Origin: Psammoneis japonica
Lineage: Eukaryota
NCBI GenBank assembly: GCA_008632985.1
Contig: QPGO01000023.1
Coordinates: forward strand, 1-64,000
DNA: 64,000 nt
Direction: 5' to 3'
Positions 46,517 to 58,521 of this stretch are shown here, in pieces. Under the pieces are notes generated by a model. That model saw nothing but the letters and a program-made list of their open reading frames with translations, did not search any database and had not been told where the DNA came from. Each line of letters opens with the position of its first letter. The stretch's first letter is position 1. The position numbers and the translations under genes are program-made.

Positions 46517-47834
46517 ATGTTGCTTCGTACCGCATTGCAACTAGCGGCGTTGCTTCTTGGTACCGTGTCTATTGCGACAGCCCAAGAAGGTAAGGAAGGT
46601 TTCATTTTCATTGTTTACAGACTAGCACGTTTGGCCGTTTTTTCAATGACTCATACATTTAATGCCCTCAAATCTAGGGACCGATGTACTCAAGCTCCGC
46701 AGTGATTTCAGGGAGCTGTCCGAACGGCCCAGCAAACCCAGGCGCGTTCCGTGTGGGGGACTTGAAGAAGCTCGTTACAAAGCCTGTGCCGGGAAGATGT
46801 GCATGCAATGCAGCGCGAAAGGCTGCTACGATGATGGAACGCCAGACACTAGTTGTAACGCATGGTCCTGCGCCACGTTTCAGTTAGCATGCCCCGAAAA
46901 GCGCGAGAGGCCCAAAAGGAAGAAAGAGGAGGTGGGAGACGTATGCGAATATTGCAAAACTAAGTGCGACCCCGAAGACCCAAGTTCCAGGACTTGCAAG
47001 CGAGCTTGCCGAATGTGTAAAGCTCAATCAAAGAGAATGAGAAAGAAACCAGAAGAAATGAACGAAGAGGAAGAAAAGGAAAAAGAGGAAAAGACAGAAG
47101 ATAAGCCCTCTATGAACCGCTGCGTCAAGTGCAGAATGTGCCGAACGGAATACGGTCCCACAACCGAAGAATGCCTACGCGTCTGCAAGGAATCAGGCTG
47201 TCCCGACGTCATTTCTGTTAAAGTTTGTGACGAATGTGTAAGGTGCGAGCGCGATGGCCCCCCTGATGGAACGTGTGACAGGGTATGCGGTGCCTGTAAA
47301 AAGGAAGAAGAGAAGGAAACAAAGCTTGGTAGACCCATCGTTGACCGTTGCTTCAAGTGCAGGATGTGCCAGAAGGAAAACGGTGCCGGAACCGAGGAAT
47401 GTCTGCACATCTGTCAGGAATCACAGTGCCCCAATGTCAGACCGGTCGACATTTGTGACATCTGCATGGAATGCAAAGGCGGCGAGAGCGAGTATTCTCC
47501 CGAAACCTGCGACAGGGCATGCTCATCGTGTGGAAAAGAAGTAACTCCGCCCGAACCATGCTTTTACTGCACCCGTTGCAAGAATGCCCATCTCACGACA
47601 AGTCCTTGTGAAAGAGCTTGCTATTCGTGCAACGAAGATTCCGAGAAAGTGGAGCGCCCTCAGCCGAATCCTTGTGTTGACTGCCATCATTGCAGAAAGG
47701 AAGGAGGCGGTGAGAAATGTGCTGCTTTATGCACGGACTGCAACAGGAAGCCCGACATGCGTCCCCAGCTCCCACATGATAAGAAGGGATCTGTTCCCAT
47801 GGCCTACGTTGATCGTCGTCCCGATTCACCATGA
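46517..47834 (+). CDS. Secreted Cys-rich repeat protein; intron 46590-46677
   Basis: Signal peptide MLLRTALQLAALLLGTVSIATA; a phase-1 GT-AG intron joins AQE-GTDVLKLR; repeated CxxCxxC...CxxxCxx(x)C modules with K/E-rich linkers. Confidence 0.85.
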
Positions 47835-48199
47835 TCAAATGGGAAATGAAACGAGAGCCGATTGTAACGCAATTAGATGATCAAGAATACTCAACTGTCA
47901 TTTTGTACAGAGGCATTGGAAAAATTCAATGACATAGCATGTGTAACGACATTAAGAGGAACGAGATCTAGTCGTAGCTGGGAGCTTCATTGTGTCTCTG
48001 TCTAAAGGGTCATCCCTGCTCTCACGAAACAAAGTTGAAAGGGTGTTTCATGCTGTCAGCACACCACATCAGGCACACCTCACACACCTCTCTCTATCTA
48101 GAGCTCTAGCTGCTAGCTAGACTCTGTTTTATGCTGTCTCTCTGGAGAGAGAGAGGGCAGAGTGGGGAGTGTGTCTATGGACTTACTTCTTGTCTACAG

Positions 48200-51100
48200 A
48201 CAGACCGCTTTGCGGAGCTTTTCAAAAAAATCTTTTGGACAGCTGCCAACCACATCTCTTTGAAATCTTCTCATTCATCTTTGCCAGCATTTGTGTTGTC
48301 ATGCTCAAGAAATTGTTGAGAAGTGAGTCACACCTTGGGCTCAAGCAGTTTCTTTCCACACTTGTGTGTGTTTCATGTTCCAGACAGTGCAATGGGTGCA
48401 TGTCAGAGATGACACATGAGAGTGTGCTGGTGCCACAGTCATCACCCCAAAGACATGAGTCACAGTGCCAACAACGCCTGCTGGTTGCAGGAGCTGCATT
48501 TTCAACAGCATCAGCAGCCACAAGGGAGGTCAAAATTGCCCATTGAGAATGTCACATGGAGTCAAGAGAACAGAGGTTTCAGCACCAGTGTGTCTCACAC
48601 ATGACTCTGGTGCATTGATGCCAACATGTTTAGAGTGTTTCACACACCAATGCAGAAACATTGCAGTGAGAAATTGGCAGTCCACTGCAAAGAAGATGGG
48701 CCATTCATTGAGTCAAAATGAAGCTCCAGCATTGATCAAAGCAGTGCTTGACAATGTCATCATGGACTGTCTGGCAAAAGACTCTTTTTTGGCATCTCAG
48801 CAGTTGCAAGACACACAGGAACAAGTGCAAAATGGTGGCCTTGTTGGGTTGTTCTTGGCTTTTTCAATGTGTTGACTGTTGAGAAAAAATCCAAGGTCAT
48901 CTGCAGTCTGGAGTGTGGCTGGCAGCAGCAGCAACAACAACTTTTTGGCAGAGCTGGCCTTCATCAAGAACTGGATTTTTTTCGTTTCACAGACCCCAGC
49001 TCTGTCAAGGATGTGTCATCTTTTGAATTTTTCCATGATCTCTTTGGCTCTCACTGTTTTTGACAGCAGGAAAAGGGAAAAAAGCAAGGGGTTGTTCTTG
49101 AATGAAATCAGAACTTGATCCTCAGATGAGTGCAGTTGTCCAGCATGTGGCAGCAAAAGCTCCCACAGCAGCACAGGAAGCTGGCCTTTGGTCAACAGAT
49201 GTGGCAGATGGTGCTTCTGTGGTTGATTTTGCATCTGCTGTCAAGACAATCTTTGGAATTTTCAACATGATCTTTGTTGAGGAGGGGCTGTTGTGGTGTC
49301 ACAACCTCCTTGCACTCAAACAATTCTGCTTTTTTGTTTTGTGGATGCAAATGCTGTGGATCTTGTTGAGATCTTGTGACAAGCGCTGCTGCTCTAGTTT
49401 GACAATGCTCAGTTGAATTGTCAATGGCAACAAAGTCTTTGGAGCTCAGCAATTTTTTGACTGCTGGCACAGCTCTCTCAGCAGTTGAACAACCCACCTG
49501 TTGCATGAAAAATTGCACTTTGTGTGAGCTTTTTATGTTGGAAATCCTTTTGTGGTGTCATTGTGACCAAGCACACTTGCATCACCTTGCATGACGCTGA
49601 TGTGGCAACAAACTCATGTTGTGTTTGCTGGCATTTCAAGAGCTGTACAAAAACCAGGCTTCCTGAAGAAGCCAAAAAAGAGGCTGCAGATTTGATTGGA
49701 CCATTGCAGAAGCTTCCAGTTTAAAAGCAGGAGTTTCAACCAAAATTGCTGAAATGTGTGCACTTCTGTTGACAACATCACTCTGTTTCAACTGGGCTTG
49801 TGCCAATTGACAATGAAAGTTCCCAACGTGTGACTCACAAATTTTGCAATTTTCAGTTGTCATTGACTGCAAATTTCAAATGCAGTTGGATCAAGCAGGG
49901 GCCTAGCAGATGCATCAGAAAGCCATCCACTGGCAGCAAATGTGATTTTCAAGAAAAGAGCACATCAAATGACAGCTGTCATCTTCAACACTGTGATTGT
50001 TGCTTGTTCGCTGGCCATTCAAAACAGGCAAATGAGTTTGCAAATGCAGGCAATTTTGCCATGGCCTCTCCAATGCTTGGCACTCTTGCTCACTCTGAAG
50101 ATCTGTGGGAAATTCAACATGATGCAATTTTCACCTTCCACCAGGAGGGTCAGTGGTGGGACCCAACCAAATGGCTCACAACTGAATTGCCAGACATTGA
50201 CAACAAAAATCCCCACAGACAAAATGTGAAGCAGTGACCCTGGCCCCCAACTTGAGGGCAAAATGTTTTGCAGTTGGGTTGGTCAACCCTGCCACCAAGT
50301 TAGAAGCACTCATGCAATTGGCCCACATTTGGGGCAGTGCAAGTCCACACCAACAGGGCTGTCTCAATGTTGTGCTCAGTGCGCATCACACACAGGGGAG
50401 CTGATGCACTGAGTGAAATGTGACGTTCATCAAATGTTTTCTTTTTAAGGTGTGCACAGAAGTTGCACACAGCAGCACAACAATGTTGGACAGACAACAG
50501 TTGTGCACCAGCTGCAGTTGCTTTGGGGTGATGAATTGCTTTTGCTGACACCAATGGTGACATTTTTTGATGCTCTCAGAGGATGACTTTGCAGTGGACA
50601 CTTGACACAATGCTTGACTGCACTGTTGAGAACACAAACATGTAAAAAAAGTCCTCCAGATGAAGTCACAATTGTTCAACAATGAGTGCACAACAGCAAC
50701 TGGTCAAAAAACAGAGCTCTGCATTGGCGCAATGTCATGGCTGCTGTCAAATGCAGGTCAATGGCAGGGACTTTCATGACTGAGCACACTCTTGAGCATG
50801 ACAAACCAAATGTCTGTAAAGACAAAAGACTCTTGGACACATCCCTGACATGACAATCATTGCAACAACATTCCTGTTGCTGCCATTTGGCAATGAGGCA
50901 CGCAGCACTGCACATTTCTGGTGCAGCGCAAAATCCTGAAAACAAAGTTGCCTTGCACCCCCCCCCATCCTTCTTCTGTGGTTGCCTCAAACAAAAAAAA
51001 TGAAGGCATTTTTCCCAATGTCTGGGTGTCCATTGATTTTTTGCTTTGGTTCAAACATTGGCCACATGGTTGTTCCATGGTGATTTTGCTGTGTTTGGTT

Positions 51101-53270
51101 CCTTGCACCCTTGGGAGAGAGAGAAAATGACAAGTGATCCATGCTCAATGTTGTTGGTTTTGCTCCTCAACTTCCATGTCTGAAGTTGGCAATGGCTTGC
51201 CATCCATCCACTTGGACAAGTCAATGCCAGCAATGCAGCGCTGCATGGGTGCCAAGTCAATCAAATTTGCTGGCTTTGTCACAGCTGAAGCAGAAGTGTT
51301 GGTGCTGCTCAATGGTCTCCAGTTTCCTGATCAATGGCTGTTTGCAAACATGATCTGTCATGCTGGGGGGGGGTCAACAGACAACTAAAAACACCATCCA
51401 TGCTGGCACAATCAGGCACAAAGAAAATGCCAGTGTCTTCCCCAAGACACCCTTTTTTTCAATGTGGTTGCCAATCTTGCTGTTGCCATTGTTGATTGGC
51501 TTGTTTGAAGTTTGAATTTTTTGATGAATGTTCCAGATGTGATCATTGATGAGTTTTTCCTTGCAGGAAAATCCCTTGTGCAGGCTTCAAATGACAAACA
51601 CTTGTTTTGATGAATGTTCCACATGTGATCACTGATGAGTTTTTCCTTGCAGGAAAATCCCTTGTGCAGGCTTCAAATGACAAACACTTGTTTTGATGAA
51701 TGTTCACATGTGATCACTGATGAGTTTTCCTTGCAGGAAAATCCCTTGTGCAGGCTTCAAATGACAAACACTTGTTGCTGGCACACCAAGGTTGTTCTCA
51801 ACAATCCAGGGCTTTTCCTTGAGCAACACAAGCTCCTGTTCTTCCAACTTGCCAAAAATCTTACAGGGTTTTGACATCTTTTCATGCAATGCAATCTTCA
51901 GAAGAGGGCGGGTTGCAGGCATGATGCGGATCTTGGTGAGAAGTCCAGACAAACCAGTCTTCATCATCTCACAACAGTCAATGTGCCAAGTGGTGTTGTC
52001 AGTGGCACGGTCAGTCAGGCAAACTTCTCAGGGCATCATGTTGTCTTTGAGAAACACAGCACCTGCTTTTCCTCCTTTTCCCTCAGGATTCATTTCTGGG
52101 TGGCCTCCAGCCAGATTGAGCAGATGGCAGTGCTCACACAGCCAAGTGCAAATGAAAGAAATGGACTCACAAGCACGCAGTTTGCAAAGTCAAAGCCCTG
52201 GGTCAGACCACAACAGCTCAGGTTTCCTGATTCTGGAGATGTTCATGCTAAAAAGGGATCCTGGTGTGCTTTGCCAGCAACTGCAGTGCAACACTTGGCA
52301 CTCTTGTTGTGGAGCACATGGGCAACAGCCCAGCTTCTGCTGTGCACTCACACACAATGGACTTGGGTTGTGTGCATTGTTGAACCGACAAGTTGATGTT
52401 GCAACAGGGCACACACAATGGAGCACATTGTTGAACCGGCAAGTTGATGTTTCCAAAAGGGAGTCCCATGAGGTTTCCTGTGATGCTTGTGTGCTCACCT
52501 TGGCAGCCTCTTTTCTTGTGGCTGTGGCATGCCTCCTTGGTGTCAACGTGAGCTCCATTGCTGCTGCAATGCAGGCCGTCTTTTGACACACAGATCAACA
52601 ATCATGCAAACCAAATGCTTCACTCCAAAGAGTGAGAGCAAAACACACACATTCACTTGACATGGACAACATCGTCAAACACAAAGAAATGTTTTTCCTG
52701 TCTGCGTCAGAGGTCAAAGATCTCCTCTTCAACACACCCGGGTCACAACTTGCAGTGTCCCGGTCTCTCTCATCTCGCAATGCTCCAACAGGCATTGTGC
52801 ATGTGTCGCAGCAAATGCCTTCATGGCTGCAGCATGGAGCTTGTCAATGTCAGGAGTTATCACAAAAGGATCTCCACGGTGGCCAAGTGAGCCCCATCTG
52901 ACCTCACATTGGTGAGGATGAAGACAAGTTTTTGGCCCTTGTTTTTTTTTTCTTGACAGCCTTTTGCTTGACATGCAGGCAAGTTGAAGAACTCATCATT
53001 GAATCCAAGCCCCAGGGGCTCCATATTGGGAGGTCGGTCTGATGGATCTTGGGACAGCAACCCCCCAGTTTGGAAAAGACAAATCAAGCAGAAAGCTGGA
53101 AACGGGAGCATCACAGAAACCATCATCACAGCAAATGGATTCTTGCACAAGGCAAAAGAACAACAGGTCTTTGATGTGCTTTGTGATGCTTCTCTTTCTT
53201 GCAATGTGATCTGTGATCTGTCAGCATGTTGAGCTCATGATCTGGCAGCACAGCCGAAAGTGAACAGTGC
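48200..53270. other. TpA- and CpG-depleted relic block, family not identified
   Basis: Roughly 15 TA dinucleotides in ~5 kb by eye; few CG; internal tandem repeats. Confidence 0.65.
51520..51775. repeat. Three tandem ~85-bp near-identical repeats
   Basis: TTGATGAATGTTCC..ATGTGATCA.TGATGAGTTTT(T)CCTTGCAGGAAAATCCCTTGTGCAGGCTTCAAATGACAAACACTTG three times. Confidence 0.9.
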
Positions 53271-53436
53271 ACCACTGTTGTTGTCACCACCTGCTGGCAT
53301 GGCATCAGACGACTGAGAATTGTAATAACTGAAATCTACAGTGGCTTCTCTCTAGATATAGAGAGGGTGCAAGACGTGCAAAAATTTCGAAATTCTAAAA
53401 AGAAAAAGGGACAATAGAATATAAGGACACATCCCC

Positions 53437-54000
53437 ATGAGCACCCGCGCCGCGTCCTTAGCGTCAAGACGGGCAAAGTCCAAGAAGATAGATCTGTTGT
53501 TATTTGGCAAGTCTAATCTATCTTGAACGACTTTTAGAAACGCACCCTGACAAACCGCATCAGGCTCATTTTTACCTGAGTGGAACTAAAAGCGGCGCGG
53601 GAACAGTACGAAGCGGTTGCTAAAATTATGGATAAAACTGCGTCATCGACATCATCTATTCAGACAAACTTCATCCTCTTTGGAGTCGGATGTAGTTTTT
53701 CTGACTCTTCCGGACGAACGGGATCTGAGAAGCGAAATTACAGATCACGCTTGAAGAGGGTGGTTTTCCTATGGCGCAATTGAACAGGAATCACGTAGGC
53801 CCTAGTGAGAAAGCGGGCGACAGTCTTAGGGCCCTAGGGCCCTAGGGCTGATAGCAAACAACAGCCGCTTGTGTCGTTGTGTGATGAAGACATGTTTGTC
53901 CAAGATGACAAGAAAGATTCCTCACAAGATTCAACGAGTAAGATGACAAACCGCGATGCCGATTCCTGGTGGATCATCCAGCACTCTTAAGAAAGAATCA
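53437..54000 (+). pseudogene. Broken duplicate of the DnaJ gene at 45068-45685
   Basis: ATGAGCACCCGCGCC start and collinear sequence, with deletions, frameshifts and GGCCCTAG insertions. Confidence 0.85.
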
Positions 54001-54065
54001 AAAATGATCTGTCTTCCCTTTCTTCCTCCGATGACAGAGGAGTCGATGCTTCTCTACTTCATCAA

Positions 54066-55655
54066 CTATCGACCGATTCGGTCAGCGGGTACAATTCCAT
54101 TTGGTGTTTTGAGTGGCTGAAAATGGTTTTTCCAGGTACCGTGAAGTTGCTCGCAAGACTCCCAGTGCGTGTAAGGTACTCCCTGAAACGTTCTCGTCTT
54201 GTTCAAATATATATGATCTTGCACCAAGTCGCAGAGAGAACAGGCGTGGTGTGGCTGCTTCTTGAGAAAGGTCTCACGATAGGTATCGTCGATATTTTCC
54301 TGTGGATGGAACAAATGAGACGTGTAGTACCGAAACAGCTCATCATTGTTGTTTATTTCGTGCATTCTCTGTGCCAAAGCCTCTGGAGAATCAAAGTCTG
54401 TGACAAACAATGCAGAGTGATTGTTTGGTAGAAACAAGTGAGCTTGCGGAGCACCCATGACAACGGGTATCAATCCCGTTAACAACGGCCGATGCAGCTT
54501 CTCCGTCACATAGTAGTCGCAGTTGGAGTTTTCAAAGGACAGGTAGAATTTGTGCGTTCGTATCTGAGCGTCTGCAGCGGCCTTCCAGTCATTGTCGTGT
54601 CGTTTCACGTCAATTTGAGCATTGTTGAGACACTTGCCGTAACTCTTGACGCCAATATGCTTCATGAGCTCCTCGACATAGTCCTGCCGGTGATTGGTCG
54701 TTTCACATCTTGATGCAATCCAACCAACTGGAAACTTGAAGTTTCGCTCTTCCACCGGAACGAAATTGTCCTTCGCTTTTCGAAACATGTTAAGCGTGTT
54801 CGTGAGGAATGGTCTGGGAAGATCGGAATCTAATCGGAAGGAAGAACTAATGTCAAACACCTTGGACTCCTCGTATCTATAGCAAATGGAAAAATCTTGC
54901 ATTAGACAAACAGCCAGGTTCTTGGCACAGCATGGTGCACACTTGAGTAAGCAAATTCGTACGTACTTTTCTAATGGAGTGAGATTCGGATCGATTTGAT
55001 TAGCACTTTCGGTTTGTACCAGGACAAACAATTGTCCACAATACTTTGGCGGAATGCGATTTCGATTCACTTCCCAGTACTCATATTTCTTACGATACAA
55101 CACAGCAACAACATCAGCTTCTATTGCCCGACTTTCATCCGTAGTATGGCTACACCGATAGCATCGAAACGTCCTGTTCCGCGAGAAGAACATTTGAATA
55201 AAGGGAGCGTGGCCCTTTATTGGAACATCCTGGAAATAAATGAGTGTCTTTCCTTCTTTTCGTCGTTGGTCAACCTTTGTTTGAATGTGAGTTGGTCGGG
55301 GAATACACTCAAGCTGAGGTGGAGAGGCGGCCGTGAATTCCTCCATTGATTGCTCACGCGGCTCGATTTGCAGTGGCCGCAATGATAAGCTGCTACTATT
55401 CAGTTCTTCAGTGGAATTCCAATCTTCATCAGATTCAGAGTGCTTGTCCATAAGCGTTCTACTTTGAATGTGTCCATGATGCTTCAAAATGGACGAGTCA
55501 GGGGAATGATGATGGGGATGAATGTAGATCAACGTTGCGATTTGCCACGTCAAGGCGGCGACAATTACTTTAGCAGGTAGCCTTAGATTAGACCTTGTGC
55601 TGGTATTGCTGCTACAGAAGCGGCTAGCTTGTATCGTAGCTTTATCGACCATCAT
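54066..55655 (-). CDS. Alpha-1,3/4-fucosyltransferase (GT10); in-frame 90-bp intron 54966-54877
   Basis: Type II membrane anchor; SSFRLDSD; HKFYLSFENSNCDYYVTEKL GT10 motif; IPVVMG. Confidence 0.92.
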   Translation of the reverse strand: MMVDKATIQASRFCSSNTSTRSNLRLPAKVIVAALTWQIATLIYIHPHHHSPDSSILKHHGHIQSRTLMDKHSESDEDWNSTEELNSSSLSLRPLQIEPREQSMEEFTAASPPQLECIPRPTHIQTKVDQRRKEGKTLIYFQDVPIKGHAPFIQMFFSRNRTFRCYRCSHTTDESRAIEADVVAVLYRKKYEYWEVNRNRIPPKYCGQLFVLVQTESANQIDPNLTPLEKYVRICLLKCAPCCAKNLAVCLMQDFSICYRYEESKVFDISSSFRLDSDLPRPFLTNTLNMFRKAKDNFVPVEERNFKFPVGWIASRCETTNHRQDYVEELMKHIGVKSYGKCLNNAQIDVKRHDNDWKAAADAQIRTHKFYLSFENSNCDYYVTEKLHRPLLTGLIPVVMGAPQAHLFLPNNHSALFVTDFDSPEALAQRMHEINNNDELFRYYTSHLFHPQENIDDTYRETFLKKQPHHACSLCDLVQDHIYLNKTRTFQGVPYTHWESCEQLHGTWKNHFQPLKTPNGIVPADRIGR

Positions 55656-56061
55656 TACGCATCACAAGATCCCAATCAAAACAAGCGCAAAAATGAGAAC
55701 TTTGTGAGCATTTCTTTCCCAACTCCCAACAAAGTGCGTGGTGCGACCAAAATGTTGCGGTTGATGACGACCACTGCATGGGGCTTTTGTAAATGACGTT
55801 TTATCAATACGTGCCTTCTTCCTTTTACTTAACAACAATGTCTCTGTAGAGTCGCAACGAATTAGCGAAAAACTTGTGAAATACCCCCGCGCCACAAAAG
55901 TTTGTTCAAAAGTTGGAAAAGGACCGCTCCGGTAGGCCTAAAGGACCAAGTTGAAAGTGCTCTCTCTAGATAGTGAAAACTATATACACTCTTATATGAC
56001 TTATTGGAACTATTTTAAAGCATGAGAAACACATGTCTTTACAGCAAGATCTCTTTATATC

Positions 56062-57654
56062 CTAACTTGATTTAATCGTTTTCGCCATCCTTGCCTCCTT
56101 CTTCTTTTGCTTTTCTGTTTTCGGACGGTCAAGGAAATCAACCATCGCTTTTTGGTGCAACATCTTGATGATAGTTTTGTATTCAGTGTTGTTGATGAGA
56201 TTCCGCTCCTCCATGGGGTCCTCCGACAAATCAAAAAGCTGGTTTCCACCGTCAGCGTACCAGTTGTACTTATATTGCTTGCGTCGCACCATTCTACCTG
56301 CACGACTTGCAAAAGTCTCACTTACTACATCCCGTTTCCATCCATCATCATCCCCTTTTAGAAGCGGGACCAAACTCTTACCATCCAAGCCCTTTGGGAC
56401 ATTGATGCCACACAACTCCAATATAGTCGGCAAGACATCAATTGTCAAAACGGGGGACTTGACAACCTTACCGTGGGGAAGGCTTTTTCGGTGCGATATC
56501 ACCAGTGGAACCTTGACACTGTCCTCGTAGAATGAGTTCTTAAACCACAGCCCGTGCTCGCCGAGATGCTCACCGTGATCCGATAGGTAAATGACAATCG
56601 TGTCTTGTCGCATATCTTTTTTGTCGAGTACATCGAGAATTCTCCCGAATTCCTCGTCAACGTGAGTAACCATACCATAATAGACAGCCCTCGCTCGTTT
56701 GATTTCCTCATCTGTCATCTTTCCATACTCAAGATTTTCTCGTCGAAGGCGATTTGCGCTCGGCAAGTCATCGAGCATCGCTTGAGTAACACGAGGCACA
56801 TCCACTTTGTCTTTGTACATGTCATAGAACCTTTTCTCCACAATCCAAGGGTAGTGGGGTGTACGAAAGCTGACGCCCAATAGGAAGGGCTTCTTGCCAT
56901 CATAGTCATTTAGCCAGTCGATCGCCATGTCCGCAATCATTTCGTCAGACGAGGGCTCAGTATTCTTTCCGAAGGTCTGAGCTGTCTTTGGGTGATTCCC
57001 AATCCTCCGGCCCAATTTGAAATAGTCGGACTCCATAAGCTTCGGTTTCCAGTGATCGTTAGCTTCTCCCCATCCAAATCCAGTATTATTGGTGGCCCAG
57101 TGCTCCTTTCCAAGCCATTCAGCCTCGTAACCTGCCTTTTTGAAAAGGCGAGGCATAGTATTTGGGTGGTCTCTCATTGTGTCAAAATCCTGAGCTTCGT
57201 TGTGAAAGACACCAACTTTTGACGGTCTCATTCCGGTTCCAAAGGAAACTCTATACACAGCAAGAGAAGAAGGCACGTTCAGAGGGGGTCACGAATTTGT
57301 CATGATGATTCCAACCGAGGCCAAGACTTACCGTGCCGGCACGCAAATGGGGTTGGCGCAGTATGCGTTACGGAATGTAGTACCGCGATTAGATAGTTTT
57401 TGTAGATTCGGTGTTTTGATGATATCATTGCCAAACGCCTCCATTACTCGAAAAGAATGTTCATCAGACATGAGAATGAGGACATTAGGCCTTTTCTCTG
57501 GTGGGCTTTGGACTTCGTCAGGTGTGCCGCCCTGTTTTCGCCGCCTTCGTTCTCTTCTCTTCTTCTTCTTGAGTTCAGCATCAACATCAGATGCACCACA
57601 CAGTGCGCCAAGTAAAAGAAGGACAGTCAAGAGGACCTCCCATCTTCGAGTCAT
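56062..57654 (-). CDS. Secreted formylglycine-dependent sulfatase (choline-sulfatase-like); intron 57331-57251
   Basis: Signal peptide, RPNVLILMSDEH, CVPAR (CxPxR) spliced to VSFGTG, GKEH, PHYP, SDHGEHLGEHG, QLFDLSEDPMEERNL. Confidence 0.93.
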
Positions 57655-58521
57655 CGTGATCCAGAGGTAGGAGGAGTGGTTGTTTAGTCAAGCAAACGAT
57701 TGCGAGTGCGGTCGGAACAAATTGTGAGGGTGAGTTGAATCTTTTTCGGGTTTTGCGATCGGAATGAGTTCGTTTTTTACGTCAAAACGACGTCACACAT
57801 TGAAACACTTATGGCTCTTAACGTCACCATTTATGGGTTTTTGGAGTCATTCTCAAACCCGCAAAACAATTATGCTCCTAAATACAGATTACCGGGAAAA
57901 GATGTTATTTATGTACTGTCATTCCTGACTTTTGACCAAAATGTCCAATGCGAACATCCACTACGAAAACCACCGAAGACGGGATAGCCACGCAAAGACT
58001 TTGGCCTTTCGTGAAGAGTTGGCTATGTGATCCCGCGCATGCCACGAGGCAGTAACAAGCTGCTATAGCGAACTTATCAGGAGACAAATGTCAACGAAAA
58101 CGCCTAGCTATATAGTGGTGTGCAAGACAGGCTGCCCTCAAATGTTTGGGCTCGTTAAATGTGCAGTAATGTGAGGAGATACGAGAGGAATCCATTCTTC
58201 GGAATGACGGGTCGACCAGCGCAGTAAGCCCTAACTTGGTCGATGAACAAGCCGTGTTGGGCTTTCTCCATCGTAAAAGGGACGGAAAATGGCCATTAGT
58301 GAATGAGAGTAATATTTTGAAATAGCCTACCGTACGGTGAATGATAAACAATAGCGTACAATTGCTCCAATCACTAAAGACCACATCAAAATGGAGGAAG
58401 CCTGTAGGCCACTTACGAGTATAGGCTACTTCCTACTCCCAGGGACGGCAATCACGGCAGTCTTCAGTGCTTTAGGGAAGCTAGGTGTTTCTACCAGTGC
58501 CATCTCTGCTTTACAAGTACA

